Assembly (NCBI GenBank): GCA_003344405.1
Contig: NOWV01000117.1
Span: forward strand, 186,001-243,479
Direction of reading: 5' to 3'
Source of the DNA: Trichoplax sp. H2
Taxonomy: Eukaryota
DNA: 57,479 bases
Of this stretch, positions 1-13,900 are shown piece by piece. Both the position numbers and the translations under genes were made by a program. The notes below the pieces were generated by a model that did not search any database, had not been told where the DNA came from, and saw nothing but the letters and a program-made list of their open reading frames with translations. Position 1 is the stretch's first letter; every line of letters begins with the position of its first letter.

Positions 1-859
1 TAAGCACTTTTCTTCAATGGAATTTATTTTTCATCCGTTTTCCTATGTTCTATACAATACCTTTATGATAGAAAGGAGGCAATTGTTGGGTTAGTTCCTA
101 AATCCTGTTCCTTGTAAGTATCATTATCAAGAATACTATTTACTAGCATATGCCAGCTTCTGCTATATCAAGGATAAGGATATGAGGAGACAAGTTGCGT
201 GTTTGTAAGCTTTAGAGCCTTGAGAATGAAAAGTCTAAATTGAGCAAGTGCTTAAATAATTTTCTGCCTCTGCTTGGCATTAAATGAATACCAGATGCGG
301 ATTTACAACCATTTCAATGCATTAAGATAGAAATGAACTACTGTTAGAAATAGATTATTGAAGGAAGGAAAGAAGTCAAATCTTTTTTTCCTTTCTTGCT
401 ATCTAGTTAAAGCGGAACGAGATTTAGATAAACTAATATTTCTTGAGATGGAAAATATTAATGGTAACAAATCATCGGCTCAATTAATTATAAAAGAGAT
501 GATTAAACCGACGAAAAAAGAAGCCATAAAATCACCCTTTCTAGTTATTAAATGAATAGAGCACGGAACTGAGGATATTACCATAGAAAGTAGTTTATTG
601 ACGATATACGAGTTACCACATAAATACAAGATAGGCCCTTGGAATTAGGAGGAAGAAAGAAGTAATCGAAAAATTTCACCATTTAGTTCTTGCTTTCGAA
701 ATCGATTACAGTCTGAAATGAAGTTTTTTAATTGAATTAAATCCTACGAGAAATAGAAAGTTTAAAAGTAACGGAAAAGAAATGCTATTCTCATTGTACC
801 ATCCAAGTTAAGCTGTTTCAAGACACTCATTACATATATCTTATTCAATCTAAACCTAG

Positions 860-3800
860 ATCGAAAATTTTCCTTAGGAAATGTCGGCAAAGAATTTCAC
901 ATTGGATTTCCAAGGGCAATAAATATCAAAAAGATATGTCCACCAACTATTACTATTACCAGTGGACTAGAGCCTGCAACTGTTAATGTTACTAATAACG
1001 CCAAAATAAGAAGTTCTACGCGTTACTACAAGGTCCCGCCTAACCAATCTCTCTCCATTGAATTGGATATCGAATTAGCAAAGCCTGATGTTGGCATCAC
1101 CAACCGAACAGTTTTTATCCAGTCTGATCGAGATATTTCTGTTTCTGTCTATCAATGCCAGCTGAGCTATCTTGCCTTGCCTAAAGCTTGTAATAGTAAC
1201 GAATATCTTGTTTTAACTTTACCAATCGATTTACTTAACCCAGAAAGATCGAATTTGATGATTATTGCAAGCCACGGAGCGACAAAAATTCAAATCAACT
1301 TTACAAAAGCCATTTCTTATCATAGTCCATCTTACTTTGATCATCCTCGATTGAATATTGATTTGCAACCTTTGCAGGCTTTTTATGTTGAATCTTTCGA
1401 CGATTTAACCGGTACGACTATTCTATCCCAATCACCTGTAACTGTTTTTGCAAGCAACTATTTTACAGGTCACAAGAAGCAATCAAAAAAGAATTCTTAC
1501 AATATTGCTATGCAATTACCTGGAGTTCAGTACTGGGGTCGAAATTATATCTTACCTGCAGTGGAAGCAAATCAAGGCCTTGATCGATATAGAATTATGG
1601 CTGCTCATGAACAAACTACAATCTTTAAACAATTTAATTCTCATGCTTGGACTTTATCCAAAGGTGCAGTACTGGATTTAGTTAAAGAGATTAGTATAGC
1701 TACCCTTGTTTTATGCGATAAACCATGTCTGGTAGTCTATACTGGCCGATTTGCTATACAAGACAAGGCTATGATCGATCCAATGATGGTTATTATGCCT
1801 TCTTTTCGTCAGTTTTTGCCACACTATTCCTTTTCAACGGGAGAATTCAATCCCTCTTATACTTATTTTGTTCATGTTGTTTTACGTCAACGATATCAAG
1901 GAGAGTTAATCATGGATGGAAAGATAATCAAAGATCAAACTAAATCTAATTTTACTCTTGCTCCATATAAAATCATTTCCATCAAGGTTGATTCTGGCTT
2001 CCATCATATACAAACTTCCGTGTCTGATGAAGTTTTTGGATTGACTCTATTTCGCGTTAATGGTGATTCTATGCAAGGGTGTCTTGGAGGAATTGATTTT
2101 TCTTCAAAATCCAATCAAGCCTATGATCGTAAGTTTTAAGCGATCTCGTATTACTTATAGGCATCCGCTTGTTAGAAAGGATATAAGGGATGATATCAAA
2201 ACTAATTATAAAAATTTGTTAACATTAAAATTACCTTACTGCAAAGAATCACTGTTTTCTTCTAACAAGTTTAAATACAGTATTCTAACTTCCTCGAATG
2301 GAAATACAAAATTTGATCGTGCTTAGTAGACTAAAATGTTTGAAGTTGAATCAATATTGAGAAGAATGTAGAAAATTGCCTTATACTAGTAAAAATAAGT
2401 TATTGCAACATTTCAGCGTATTTATTCGTTACTCTTGCTATAGTGTTACGCTAAAACATCAATCGTTTCGTTTTGCTCTTGATGAAAGAAGTAAGTATAG
2501 ATAGCTCCTAACTTTGGTATCTAGGCGAATAGCGTCTGCTAACAATTTCCATCACTGATTTCATCAATTCTCGAATCGATATCTGCTCTCTATTTATCTT
2601 AAACATTTTCATGGATTTTCGTTAGTTTATAGTATTTTATAAAAGTAGCCTCGAAGTGTTCTGTCGCAACTTTAATCAATTAGCGGATTAAAATCTGTTC
2701 CCTACCTCAAACATTTCCACGAGCTATCGTTAATTTCTAAAATTTTTATTAAAGTACTGTATGCACTAAACTATTGACAGATCTTAGGGTTATAGGCAAT
2801 AAAATTGTTATCTATAATAACTCTAATATTACTCACATCTTTAAGGAAGATTATTTTTCGTTGAATAGTTTTAACAGGACACTTTTGCCCGCCTAAAGAG
2901 GGTTCTTTCCAGCCTAATGAAAGCAAAGTAACCATACGCTCCAGTAGTAATACTTCTACCAATTGCCTATCCGTGACATTTAACGCTTTCTCAATTATTG
3001 TAATGCCTTAGTATAGCTTTAAAATTTTAAAAGATGAACTGAATTAGGTGTCGCTAATGATAAGGTAATATTTTGTATAATTAGGGCAATTTTCTTAATT
3101 TACTCAATGATTGTAGAGTCAGGAACTAGAATTATCCTCCTTAAAAGTCCGAAAGAGTGTTATAAACTGGTTGTTTAATATAGTTGAAGAAAATAGTGAA
3201 TCTCTCTTTGCTGGAGATCTCGCTATTTCAGCAAAGCTACTCTCTCGAATCAATTGTGAATCGGATGTAATATCTCTTCCTCTCATAACCGTTAGTAACT
3301 TTATCATTCATAAATTTAGTCCATCATGGCATTTCAGTCTAGGTCATTTTATAAGATTGCTTTACAATTCATATTTACGTTACAGAAACTAATTGATATA
3401 GGAAGTCGCCTTTTGCATTTACAATATACCAAAGATTGGCATAAGATTCAGCAGGTAATTAGTTTATTACTGACTATGCAAGTGCTAATTTATCCAAAAA
3501 ATATTTAGATTATGATGAGCTACACTGTGTCTAAGGGCGAATGACTCTCTTTTTTTGGCTAGCCTACACTATCTTGTGGAAATGAATATGATAGCGTAGC
3601 GGTCATGACAAGCTTGAAAAGATTAGCTGCTAAGTTGAATAATGATTTAAATCAAACTGGTCCTCAACTAATCGATGTTACTTCACAAAATATAGGTAGG
3701 ATTAAAAATAAAACTGATTTACAATAATTAAGTATGGTACGATCCCAATTATTCAAGATATTTCCCGTTACTGCCACAATTCCAAGAACTGCAAATCCAG

Positions 3801-6800
3801 ACCATCAGGTATAAGGATATAGAAGAAGACTCTGATCAAGATGAAGATGAACACGATGATAAAAAATCTAATATATTAGAAATATCTACTCGTCAAGCTC
3901 ATGATATAGCTCACATATGGCAACATAATCATGTACAAATAATATTAAATACAGAAGCTTTACGAGAAAATCATGGTAAGCAAAGCCTGTTGACATCAAT
4001 CTTTGCTGAATTTAATCTAATAATTTGATCGTGCGATCTACTTTCTATTTGCTATCATTTTTTCAATATGTTGCGTTATACTCCAATTGATATCCTGGAT
4101 TTATGAATAAAATCAACACGTTTGGATATTTACGCATCCTAAATTTGTGATATGGATCACTATCCATAGCCACAAGAATAGTCACGATTTATTTTAATAC
4201 ATTAGATGCAATCATGCCCTTACAATTAATAAATCCGAGGTAAGTTTAGGACTAGATCTCAGATCATTTATGCCAAATAACTGATTTATGGCTAATTTAA
4301 CTATATAAGAAATCTATAAAACAAACGGATTAGCATTAAGGTTAATTTAATAAAAATCTTAAAAGTTCCATTTGATATTTGATCGTTCTAAGAAATTTCT
4401 CTCAAGCAAGCCCCGTTTTAAATTCTGAAGTAATCGCAGCTTTCTTTTCTACATCATTGCAAAGTTACGACGATTTTTCACTGCAATTAATTTTTAAGAA
4501 TAAATTTGTAAGTAACATTACTGCTGGATACTTACTATTATAGTAATTGTAAAAGACCACTACTAGGTCATTACAGATATATAATTTGTTGCTGATTGCG
4601 CACGATATTTTATAAATACATCAGTGTAAGAGCTATTTACATCATCATTCAGGTTTTGTTGATAGATAAAAATGGAATTAAACATAGTTCTAACTTAAAG
4701 TTGATTTGTCATGCCGGTATTTTAGCCAAATTTAACCTTAAATAACTCGAAAATCAGTAATCGATGGTGTGGAACGTGGTTAGCTAATTCTGTTAATGGG
4801 TAAGATGTTAGATGAAGCAGCCGATGGTAAATGACAAGTAATTTTTCACTTTTAATTTAATTATCATTTGAATTGAAGGATGAACAATAATTTAGATAGA
4901 AGCAATTTAAATTATATTTTACACATATACACAGTATAATTCTGAATACTTAGTCAAAAACGCAACCGATACAATACGTTAAGCTTAATTTCTTTTTATT
5001 GACTGCAGTAGTTACTCTTAAAAGTAGAAATCCTTGCTACTTTGTTTTATATGTGTCTATCCGTTACAAAATTTATAGCTGAAGAATAAGTTTACTTAAA
5101 TTGAATGTCTTATTCTTGGTACAGAATTACAATTCGTGTTGCTTGTACTTTAATATAAGCAATCATAGTTATATTCTAATATTTAATTTCTGCTTAAACA
5201 TCAGAATCTTCAAGTTCTTTTATGCTAAGCATTGGCTATGTTAATTTTATATATGCATAAGTAGATGTGGTTTTAGAAACATAAATATCCTATAAGCTAA
5301 GGGTTTACTTCGATGACATATATACTAGTACAGCATATAAAATGGTGTTGGACTTGCTGCGCGACATATAACATTATTTTTAGACCTAATTTTAGTAGCA
5401 GTGTTGTATCCAGTGATAAATAATGGAATATCTAAGACAATAAGTTGTAATTTGCGACATTTGATTCGTACGCATTGTGGATTCAGAACTGCTCTTTATA
5501 TCTAACAGGCTATTTCAGGAGTATACGTATTATTTGCATTTTATACGAGTATGTTCGATAATTTAATAATACATTAAATTAGATAATAGCAGCTCATGGA
5601 TAGCACAGAATGGGAGATCTGTGGATATTTTATGATATAATGAATTTTTCCACTGTATAAACAGTATCAAATTTTAAAATAGCAATATGCTGTACTATAA
5701 CTTCAAAATTTAGAAATTATACTGATCCTTGTTGATAATAAATGTTTTTATTTTACCTTGCAGTACCTGCGGCTGGTCTGATTCAAATTGCAGTATAGGA
5801 AGTCAGTCTAACTCTACCCATACCGTCTGCTTTTGTAAATTTATCAAGGCAGCATCATTTGCTGCTTTTTATCAAGAGAGTAATATGAGCCAGGCAAGTC
5901 AGGTAAAAATTTTAATATTTCCTCAAAGTTTGAATAAAAGAAACTAATAATGATACTGCTTATAGGTCCTAGTTGCCTTCTGGACGGCAATATTTTCTTA
6001 CTTAAGACAGTATTCTTATTTATTACTTTTGCTGCTAGCTGATAATACTAATCCAGCCAATCACGTTAGCAACCTATTTTGGATACAGCTTGTCCATTTC
6101 AGGACTCGTTATTACGGCAGGGATCTTTCTTTTCTCCCCAAGGTAAGTTTGTTAGAGTAATTGCTTTCGGTCTTCTTATGGATAACAAAATATCTTATAA
6201 TTTCGATTGATATTGCAGAATTTCTGTAGAGCTTCTAGTTTTACTTATCAAGAAGTTTTGACTTTTGCAGTTAGATCAGTATTATTCGGAAAATACGATA
6301 TAGTTTCATGATAAATACGTGTGAATTTGAGCTACTGTATGACTTGATTACATGAATAGAAAAGGTCTTAAATTAAAAGTGATATTGTAAGTCTATTATT
6401 GATTAAAAGAATTAAATGATCATGAAGATAATAAATAAAAGTACACCTGTTATTTGAAGATTAATGCGTTAGTTTGTTATAAGAGTATTAGAAAAATAAG
6501 GTTAAGTAGATGCTATCTAGAGAAGGATGTTACCTTACTCAGTAAGTAAGGTGCTGATTAGATTAACATTACGAGCCTAATATATTGAAAGTATGCTCAG
6601 GCTAATTATCAAACCCAATCTAAATATCAACAATTTTTCTCTTTATCTGCAATGGTTGTAGAATTAGTTTTAGGAAAGTAGAAGTAATAATATACCTGTC
6701 ATTATATTCGTTAGACGATGATAACATGTTTATCTAGTAAATTCGATACTAATGAGATCAACATTAGAGATCTTATTCGATATTAATTAGATATATATTC

Positions 6801-9099
6801 TATTGAATGGGGATGAGATGATGACTATTAATTGGTTAAATGAACACTAGGAGACCAAAATTAACCAAGAAAAGTTGCATAATTAAGTTAAATGTAATTT
6901 TTGGCACTTTGGTTGTCAACGTATTAGCAATTATGCACCCTTTTGCAAATGAGAACAAAGTAAGTAGGTAATCATAAATTGCTGATCGTGACAAAATCTA
7001 TAAATTTAAATAGAGGAAACAAGTGCTATATAATGATTAATTATTCTCACTGACTGATCTTTGACTTTAGACAATGTGCATCCTTATGGCAGTAGGATTA
7101 CACTATAGCCTGATAATGCTGTTTATTTGGATTTTCCACGATAGCCTGGATTTATTTCTAAAATTATTTAAAGATTTGGAATCGATAATCCAATGCAGTT
7201 GGTATTTTATTTCAGCTTATAGTAAGTTACCTTTAATTAATGTTAAAATATTTAACCCATACGCCCCGAAAACTTCCTGACAAGTTTCCTAGTCTAACGT
7301 AAAGCACTAACTTCGAGTTGCTTCTACAGATTACTATCCTAATCTATCGAAAGATCTAGTAATAATATAGTACTGCTACTATAAGGCCTAGGAACTACTC
7401 TTCTAAAAGGCTCAAAATTAGAATTACACGCTGTATTATAATCTATAAAACATATAAAATTAAACACTGTAAGTAACAATACTTTCTTAAACTCTATAAT
7501 TTAGGCAACATAGTGCTGTAACACCTTAATATAATTCATGATGATTGCATACTGTAATACAATATACAGTAGAATCACTAAACATGAAATATTAGCGGGT
7601 TTATTAGCGGGTTTATTAGCCGCCTTATTGATTTTCGAGCTTCTATTATCCAAATTTAACAATATCTCATGTATTTCATAAATTTGGGATTGATTTGAAA
7701 TATATGAAGCTGCTACAAGTTGTTCTTCCTTGTCAATGCTTTTAGTGTTTCCACTATTTATCGTGGGATTTACGTTTAGCATCACGAGCGCGATATTCGG
7801 TGTGGATAATTATGTCAATTTTCAATTGTAAGTTTATTTCATAATAAAAATAATCGTTCCAGTAGAGCATAGACTAAAATATGATGAGAGCGATAGTGAA
7901 GGTGTATAAATTGACTAAGAATATTGAATAAATAGTTACTAACTGACCTTTAACATTAATGATTTGCCAAGGTGTTGGCTAACTACAGATCCTCCTATGT
8001 ATTTAGCTTTTATCGTTCCGATATCATTCCTGATATTGGTAAAACTAGTTTAATTTTTCATATCAGATAATTATAATGAAGGCTTATTTATATCTGTAAA
8101 ATATTCAGTCAAGTCAAATTTATATTTCTGAATTTCATAATTATCATTTCATCATTTCTGATTGCCGTCTAGGTTAAATTGATCCTGTGCACCTTAACAT
8201 TGCGAATTAAACCAAGCATTAAGGATGGAGAATCAAGTTTTAATGATATCCATATCCATTTGGAATCAATGTTAGTAATTAACACTTTAATGTCAGCATA
8301 AATGTAACTTTGTAGTAGGCATTTACATCAAGTAATCTACAAGACTATGAGTGACGTTGAATCTACAGTATAACAAAATAGCTTGAAAGCAAATTTTTTA
8401 CTAGAATAAGACATGAAAAATGAGGATATTATCATACGGTAACAATATGATTTTAGACGAGACCAGTTAAAAAGGTCTACTTACTTATTTCACTTCATAA
8501 TCTCAGAAAGAGATCGGCTCGAATGTCTGTAATTTTTTTAGCGGTGGCAACTATGTGCTGGATTTCTTTTACGATTGGAATATGGACCAATTCTATGATA
8601 TTCCGCAGTAGCTTTGCTATATTAAATGGAGTACAGGTAAGAAAAATTATAAAATAAGTATAACTTACTGGGATAGAAACAACAGTACTTATATTAAACT
8701 AATCTTCGTAGCATTCTACAGATAAGTAATTGCAATTTCTTATCATAAATGGGATATCTAGTTTAGTTATGATTGCATATATTTAGCAATTATAATCGTC
8801 ATTGAAATCATAGTAAAATTCGGTTCGTGTTTTAGGGAATTTGTTTGCTTTATATCTACTGTTTTCAGCTTGATCACGTAAGTACATTATTGGATTACTC
8901 AAAGTGCTGCAAACTTCAATTCTTAGGACTTGCCGTACCTTACAGTCAATAGAATACTATCAGAGAAATATTTTCCATAGTAGTAAAAAAATTTTGTAAT
9001 TTATACATTTTTTTGTTCCAGAAATGTCGATGGATTCGAGATAGAAGTACTGATACCTCATGTGAAGAATATGGACATACTCTCGAATTGACTCGGTAA
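860..9099 (+). CDS. Adhesion GPCR: IgGFc-binding N-terminal domain + GAIN/GPS + 7tm_2 (multi-exon, 5' end not resolved)
   Basis: Phase-compatible GT-AG exons: 860-2128 (GNVGKEFHIGFPRA...QLPGVQYWGRNY...IDPMMVIMPSFRQF, IgGFc_binding-like), 2878-2999, 3117-3290, 3386-3454, 3563-3695 (IDVTSQNI), 3787-3975, 4170-4239, 4393-4507 (VLNSEVIAA), 5487-5548 (uncertain), 5764-5902 (WSDSNC...TVCFC, GPS), 6057-6142 (TM1), 6851-6959 (TM2), 7071-7221 (CILMAVGLHYSL, TM3), 7746-7827, 7972-8038 (CWL...AFIVP), 8173-8270, 8507-8636 (FAILNGVQ), 8836-8877 (GICLLYIYC), 9022-9099 (TAA). A possible further exon lies at 407-463. Confidence 0.85.
7252..7533 (+). mobile_element. Dispersed repeat copy A (intronic); putative non-autonomous DNA transposon fragment starting TTAA|CC
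   Basis: Collinear similarity with 37421-37674 (TTCCTGACAAG...AGTCTAACGTAAAGCACT...GAGTTGCTTCTACAGATTACTA...CTCTATAAT). Both copies have TTAACC exactly 22 nt before TTCCTGAC. Confidence 0.7.
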
Positions 9100-9180
9100 T
9101 ATTATAAATTAATTAAAAAATGGTAGAGCAATTCAGGTGTATATATAATAGGCAATATACAAAAATAAGATTCTTTGGCG

Positions 9181-9247
9181 ATTAATGATGCTACAGTACT
9201 AGTTTAATATGGTGCTAAGATTAAACTAGTACTGCAACATGATTAAT
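9181..9247. repeat. 28-bp inverted repeat (3 mismatches, 11-nt loop) just 3' of the GPCR stop codon
   Basis: ATTAATGATGCTACAGTACTAGTTTAAT (9181-9208) pairs with ATTAAACTAGTACTGCAACATGATTAAT (9220-9247). The inner 15 bp are perfect. Confidence 0.85.
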
Positions 9248-10987
9248 TACAATTTGACTTGTCATTAAAACATGCATAGGTACAACCAGCGACTATATGA
9301 GATCTTTATCGAACTGTAACAAGCAAATCTAGCTCTATGTTCTCCGCTCTGTAAAACTAGTTATAAAATTTTCTTCCTTAGACAATGCTTCCTGTAAAAA
9401 TATTCAGTTATAATTGAATGTTTGATAATGCTAGATCATCTGAATAATTTACATCGTCTAAGTAAAAAACTTTTTAGTTTTTGACGCCAGCTATTTCTAA
9501 TTTATGTGTGATATAATTTACGAATACGTGCTATAAAGTTATAAAAACAGCTAGACTGTAGACTACTATACATTGCATCGTTGATTTCAAATAGCAAAAG
9601 CGTAATTAAAATTTAAAACTGACTTGTTATAACCTATTGGACAACTATTATAGTTCTAAACTTTTACCTCTTTCCTTTTCTTACGAATAGTCGATCTGTT
9701 ATCAATGTGGCACCTTACTTTGATGAATCAACCTGAAATGGCAATAAAACAAAAGGAATTTTGGGAATCGTATAGCAAACGAATCTTCAAAATATTGTCA
9801 ATCTCACTTACAAGTATTATATAATTAGATTTAGATCATCTTATGCTAATATTTTAAATTTATTGAAAAGTTGCCTCTTTCATCTTTATTGACACTAATA
9901 TTTACAAATTTGAGCTATTGCCTCTCAAAATGGATCATTAAGCCTATCTAATAGTTACATTATTAATAGTATTCGTGTTGATATGTTCGATAGCACGACT
10001 TGGATCTTAATAAGGTAGATGATGAGCTTATACTGTAGCTTGCGTTAATACGCAATAGTACGGTTATGATTTGTACCTTGATTTATACGATAGTTTCACG
10101 AGTCTACAATACTGTTGCATGTCAGTAATATATGTAGACGGTACATTGTACAGCTACAAAAAGTTAACAACAGCTGTAATAACACTTAACCCATTTTATT
10201 GCCAGATTAGTAACAAAGTCATTCATGAATTGTACGCGTATACTATAATTTCATTCTATCGTAAAAATAATAACAAAACCAGCTAATAAAATCCAAGAGC
10301 GGACCAGTAATACATAATGTGACCTAGATATTCAGTTATTCAATCACTGCAAAAGTTACATGTTATTGGTTAATTTCGTATTGAACAATTCTCATGCGGT
10401 TAAAGCTATAGTAAATAGCAAAGGTAATACACTATCGTAAATAGCTTGGATAAATCTTCTGAAACCAACCGAGTAAATTGACAAATATTCGTAGAAAAGT
10501 TGCTAAAAATCATGATGGAAGTCACGCACAACATTCTATCATAGCTTATATATGATTAAAGCTAGACTAATCAAATAAAGCAACGTTGGCGCTATTTGCT
10601 TTACGCGAAAGTATCTAAATCTATTTACCAAAAACCAATCAGCACAAGCGTAGAAGTACAATATATATAATTCATTATATTTTTTTCAACATTTAGTAAC
10701 AGTAACACCACTAGAAACGTTATAATATGAAAGCATGGGATAAGTAATTATTATGATTATCGGTTACGATATAAGGAGTGGCATAGTATAAGTTATTAAA
10801 CCTCCAATTTTAAATCTTAAAACGCAAAGTTTTGTATAAACTTGTACACTCATACGTGTCATTTATCTGTATGCTAACAAAAAATTTAACAAATGCACAG
10901 AACTCGTTCGACTAAATCAGAAAAAATGCGAGTTACGGCATAAGCAAACACCCCTACATGTACTAGCTACGATTACATTATTTCATT

Positions 10988-13900
10988 TTAAGCATTGGAA
11001 TTATTTCTAACAAGTTTATCGTCTTCAAGTGCTTGCTTGGCTAAATATTCTTCACGCTTAATAGTTAATCGTAACGACTTTGGTATATCCGGAATAGCGT
11101 AGCCAATGGCGAATTTGATAAAGAAAATCAAATGCTGTAATTTAAATAATTTAAAACGATTAATTAACGTTCACGATATATGAATTAAAATTTTCACGAT
11201 TTCATAATGATATATTGATTTCAAGATCTCTACCATTGGCCATTTTTAAGGCCATATTAATAAGGACGTAAGGTATATATCCACATTGTCAATAGCGACA
11301 GCCATATGTAACATAGTCATAAATATTTGTTTATTCATAATAGGTGCTTACCTCGAACACGACAACAAATGCAAGTCTTGCTGTCATAATGCGCCAATAG
11401 TTCAGATTAAAACTATATGGATATTCAGTCTGTCGATATCCAGAATACCTTTATTAATTAAAATAATATAATAATAATGTTAGAATCGCAATTTTTCCTA
11501 TTTTGATTTCGTGGAGTTGAAATTATGTTCGATGGTGTACAAACGAATTTTTTAACTAACCTACAAAACGTTGAGGTGTAGTTTAGCTGCCCAGACAAAT
11601 TTGCTTTCGGAATCTCGTTGCTAGGGAAATCAGTGACGTTGAAGTAAGATAGTGAAAAGTTTACATAACCATCCAGAGTTCCAGACTGACTGATACCATA
11701 TTCGTAAACCATTCTTGGGATAAAGTCAGAAGTGACTGCAATAACAAAGGCCTAAAAGGACGCAAAGTTGATTCTTGATTAACAGCACCAATCAAGTCTA
11801 GTCAACTTAGATTTATTTCTATAAATTAAATTGAAATACACTAATATGGTGTTATATACTATTTAAAAGAATGCATACATTTGTTATAACGGCCATTTTG
11901 CTAACAGAGTCCAATATACCATACCAAGCACCTACAATGAAAATATATTAGATTTTTTACTATAACATTGAATATTAATTATGGAAGAGCTACAAATACC
12001 AATATTGGGAGCTTGAGCTGCAAGGGGTCGCTGCAACTGAGTTATAAATTTATAGGCATCCAAACGGATCTCAATAATATTATTTAATAAGGCGAAGAAA
12101 GGTGCCAAAGGAAACGCAGCCACGAATAATGTTATAAAACCAAACTGGATAACTAATTTAAATAAATGACAGAATCTAGGTTAACCTATTACCGAATCGA
12201 TGACGTTATTAACCATAATTTATACTTGTCTACTTACCCATTTCAAGATATTCAAAGAATAGTCCCTGTTGGCCTAATTCCTGTAGGTCCTCGTCTTCCT
12301 CCATCAATGGAATATCTTTTTCACTACCATCATCTTCTTTGTCAATGTTGCGGCGTGCAATCCAATTTTTTATTTTACTTTTATACCCATCGAAATTTAG
12401 AGAAATTAAACGCATATTACTCATAGCTTGTAAAAGAATAAAGCAATGCCCTAAATAGATACATACGGTAAAATAAATTCCAAAATGTTATTCCAAGCTT
12501 GCTTGCCAACCATGATAATCGCGAGTTGAATACATAATTCAACCAAGCATCCGCCGCTAGAGCACTAAACATGTAAACATGTAGCATGCAAAAGTGATTA
12601 TACTATATATTTTATCGTCTCGTACAGTATAGTATATTATTTCTTATTGAAATAAAGCTCAAAAACATAGATTTGCTTACTTGTTGTTGGCGTAAACCTA
12701 AAAGACTTCTATTATAATTATTCGGACTACCAGAAAATCTAGTGTTATAAAAAAATTATTAATTGATGATATGTAGCTCTCTAAATCTTCTAAACACTTT
12801 AAAAGGAATATAAAAATATCGTACTTACGTGCCCTTAAAGAAAGCGATATAGAAAAGCGATGAATAGTAGTTGACAAATTGGAATAAAAACATCTTAACG
12901 GTAAAGGCTCGATCATATTCTGATTGTGTTCTGTACCTTTCTATAGTACGATATAAAAATATTTAATAATACTCATATGACAACATAAAGACAACATGAT
13001 AAGCTGGACTACTCACCCCAATCCGTTAACTTGTAGGCTAAAATTTTATATACCTAACATATAGAAAAAAGGTCATGAGAAAACTAAAACGAGCTAGTTA
13101 TAAAATATGTTTGCACATGCACTTGACATTTAAAACAATGAAGTATCAGATAAATTCAATCCAATTGGCACTTACAACTCCCAGTAACATGATCACAACA
13201 AGATTAATAGCAGCAGCTGTGATAGATGTAAAGATGGAAGCTGCTTGGCTAATCAGGGCAATATTTGTTCGTAAAAGCAAGTACGTAATACCCAATCGGT
13301 AGATGATAACAGCAAAAACGGCAGCAATTACTAAGCAAATCTAATTGAAATCAAAGTTCTTGTTACTAGGCCATAACATCAACGGTACGAACGGAATTAG
13401 TTATGATCTATTAATTATTCTAATTTCGTATGAATTATAACGAATGTAAAGAATGAATCGAAAAATATCAGTTGTATATAAAGTGCTTACCATAAAGACA
13501 ATAGAAATATCGCCAACGAAATATCGAGGAAGTCTCTTAGTTGGAGTAAAGTATGGCTCTTCGTGCTATTACAAAAGAATAGAGTAACCAAGATATGCTA
13601 TTATATACCGTCTTAATATTTCTTCTAAGCTAAGACTATAGTAGTTGTATCAAAAGCTTACTCCAGTAACCGGATTAACACGATATGAGCCTTCTTCGGC
13701 GCATTTTGCTTCATATTGAGCTCGTAATGGTTCCTGATAACACAAAGTAAAATGAACTAGTTACCCTTGCTAGCTCTTATTCTGAACACATAATACAACG
13801 AAAAAACGTACTTCTTCGGCTTCATAGTCGAGAAGATCCCATTCAAAGGCAATTCTGGCTTGCCTTCTTTTCCAAAATTCCAAAAATAGTGTAGCTATAA

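Noticed and set aside
9335-9732. Minus-strand exon-like segments (acceptors near 9733, 9696 and 9392, donor at 9667) giving STIRKKRKEEALSKEENF
   Set aside because: The 9732-9668 segment has stops in all three frames. No start, homology or link to anoctamin could be established.
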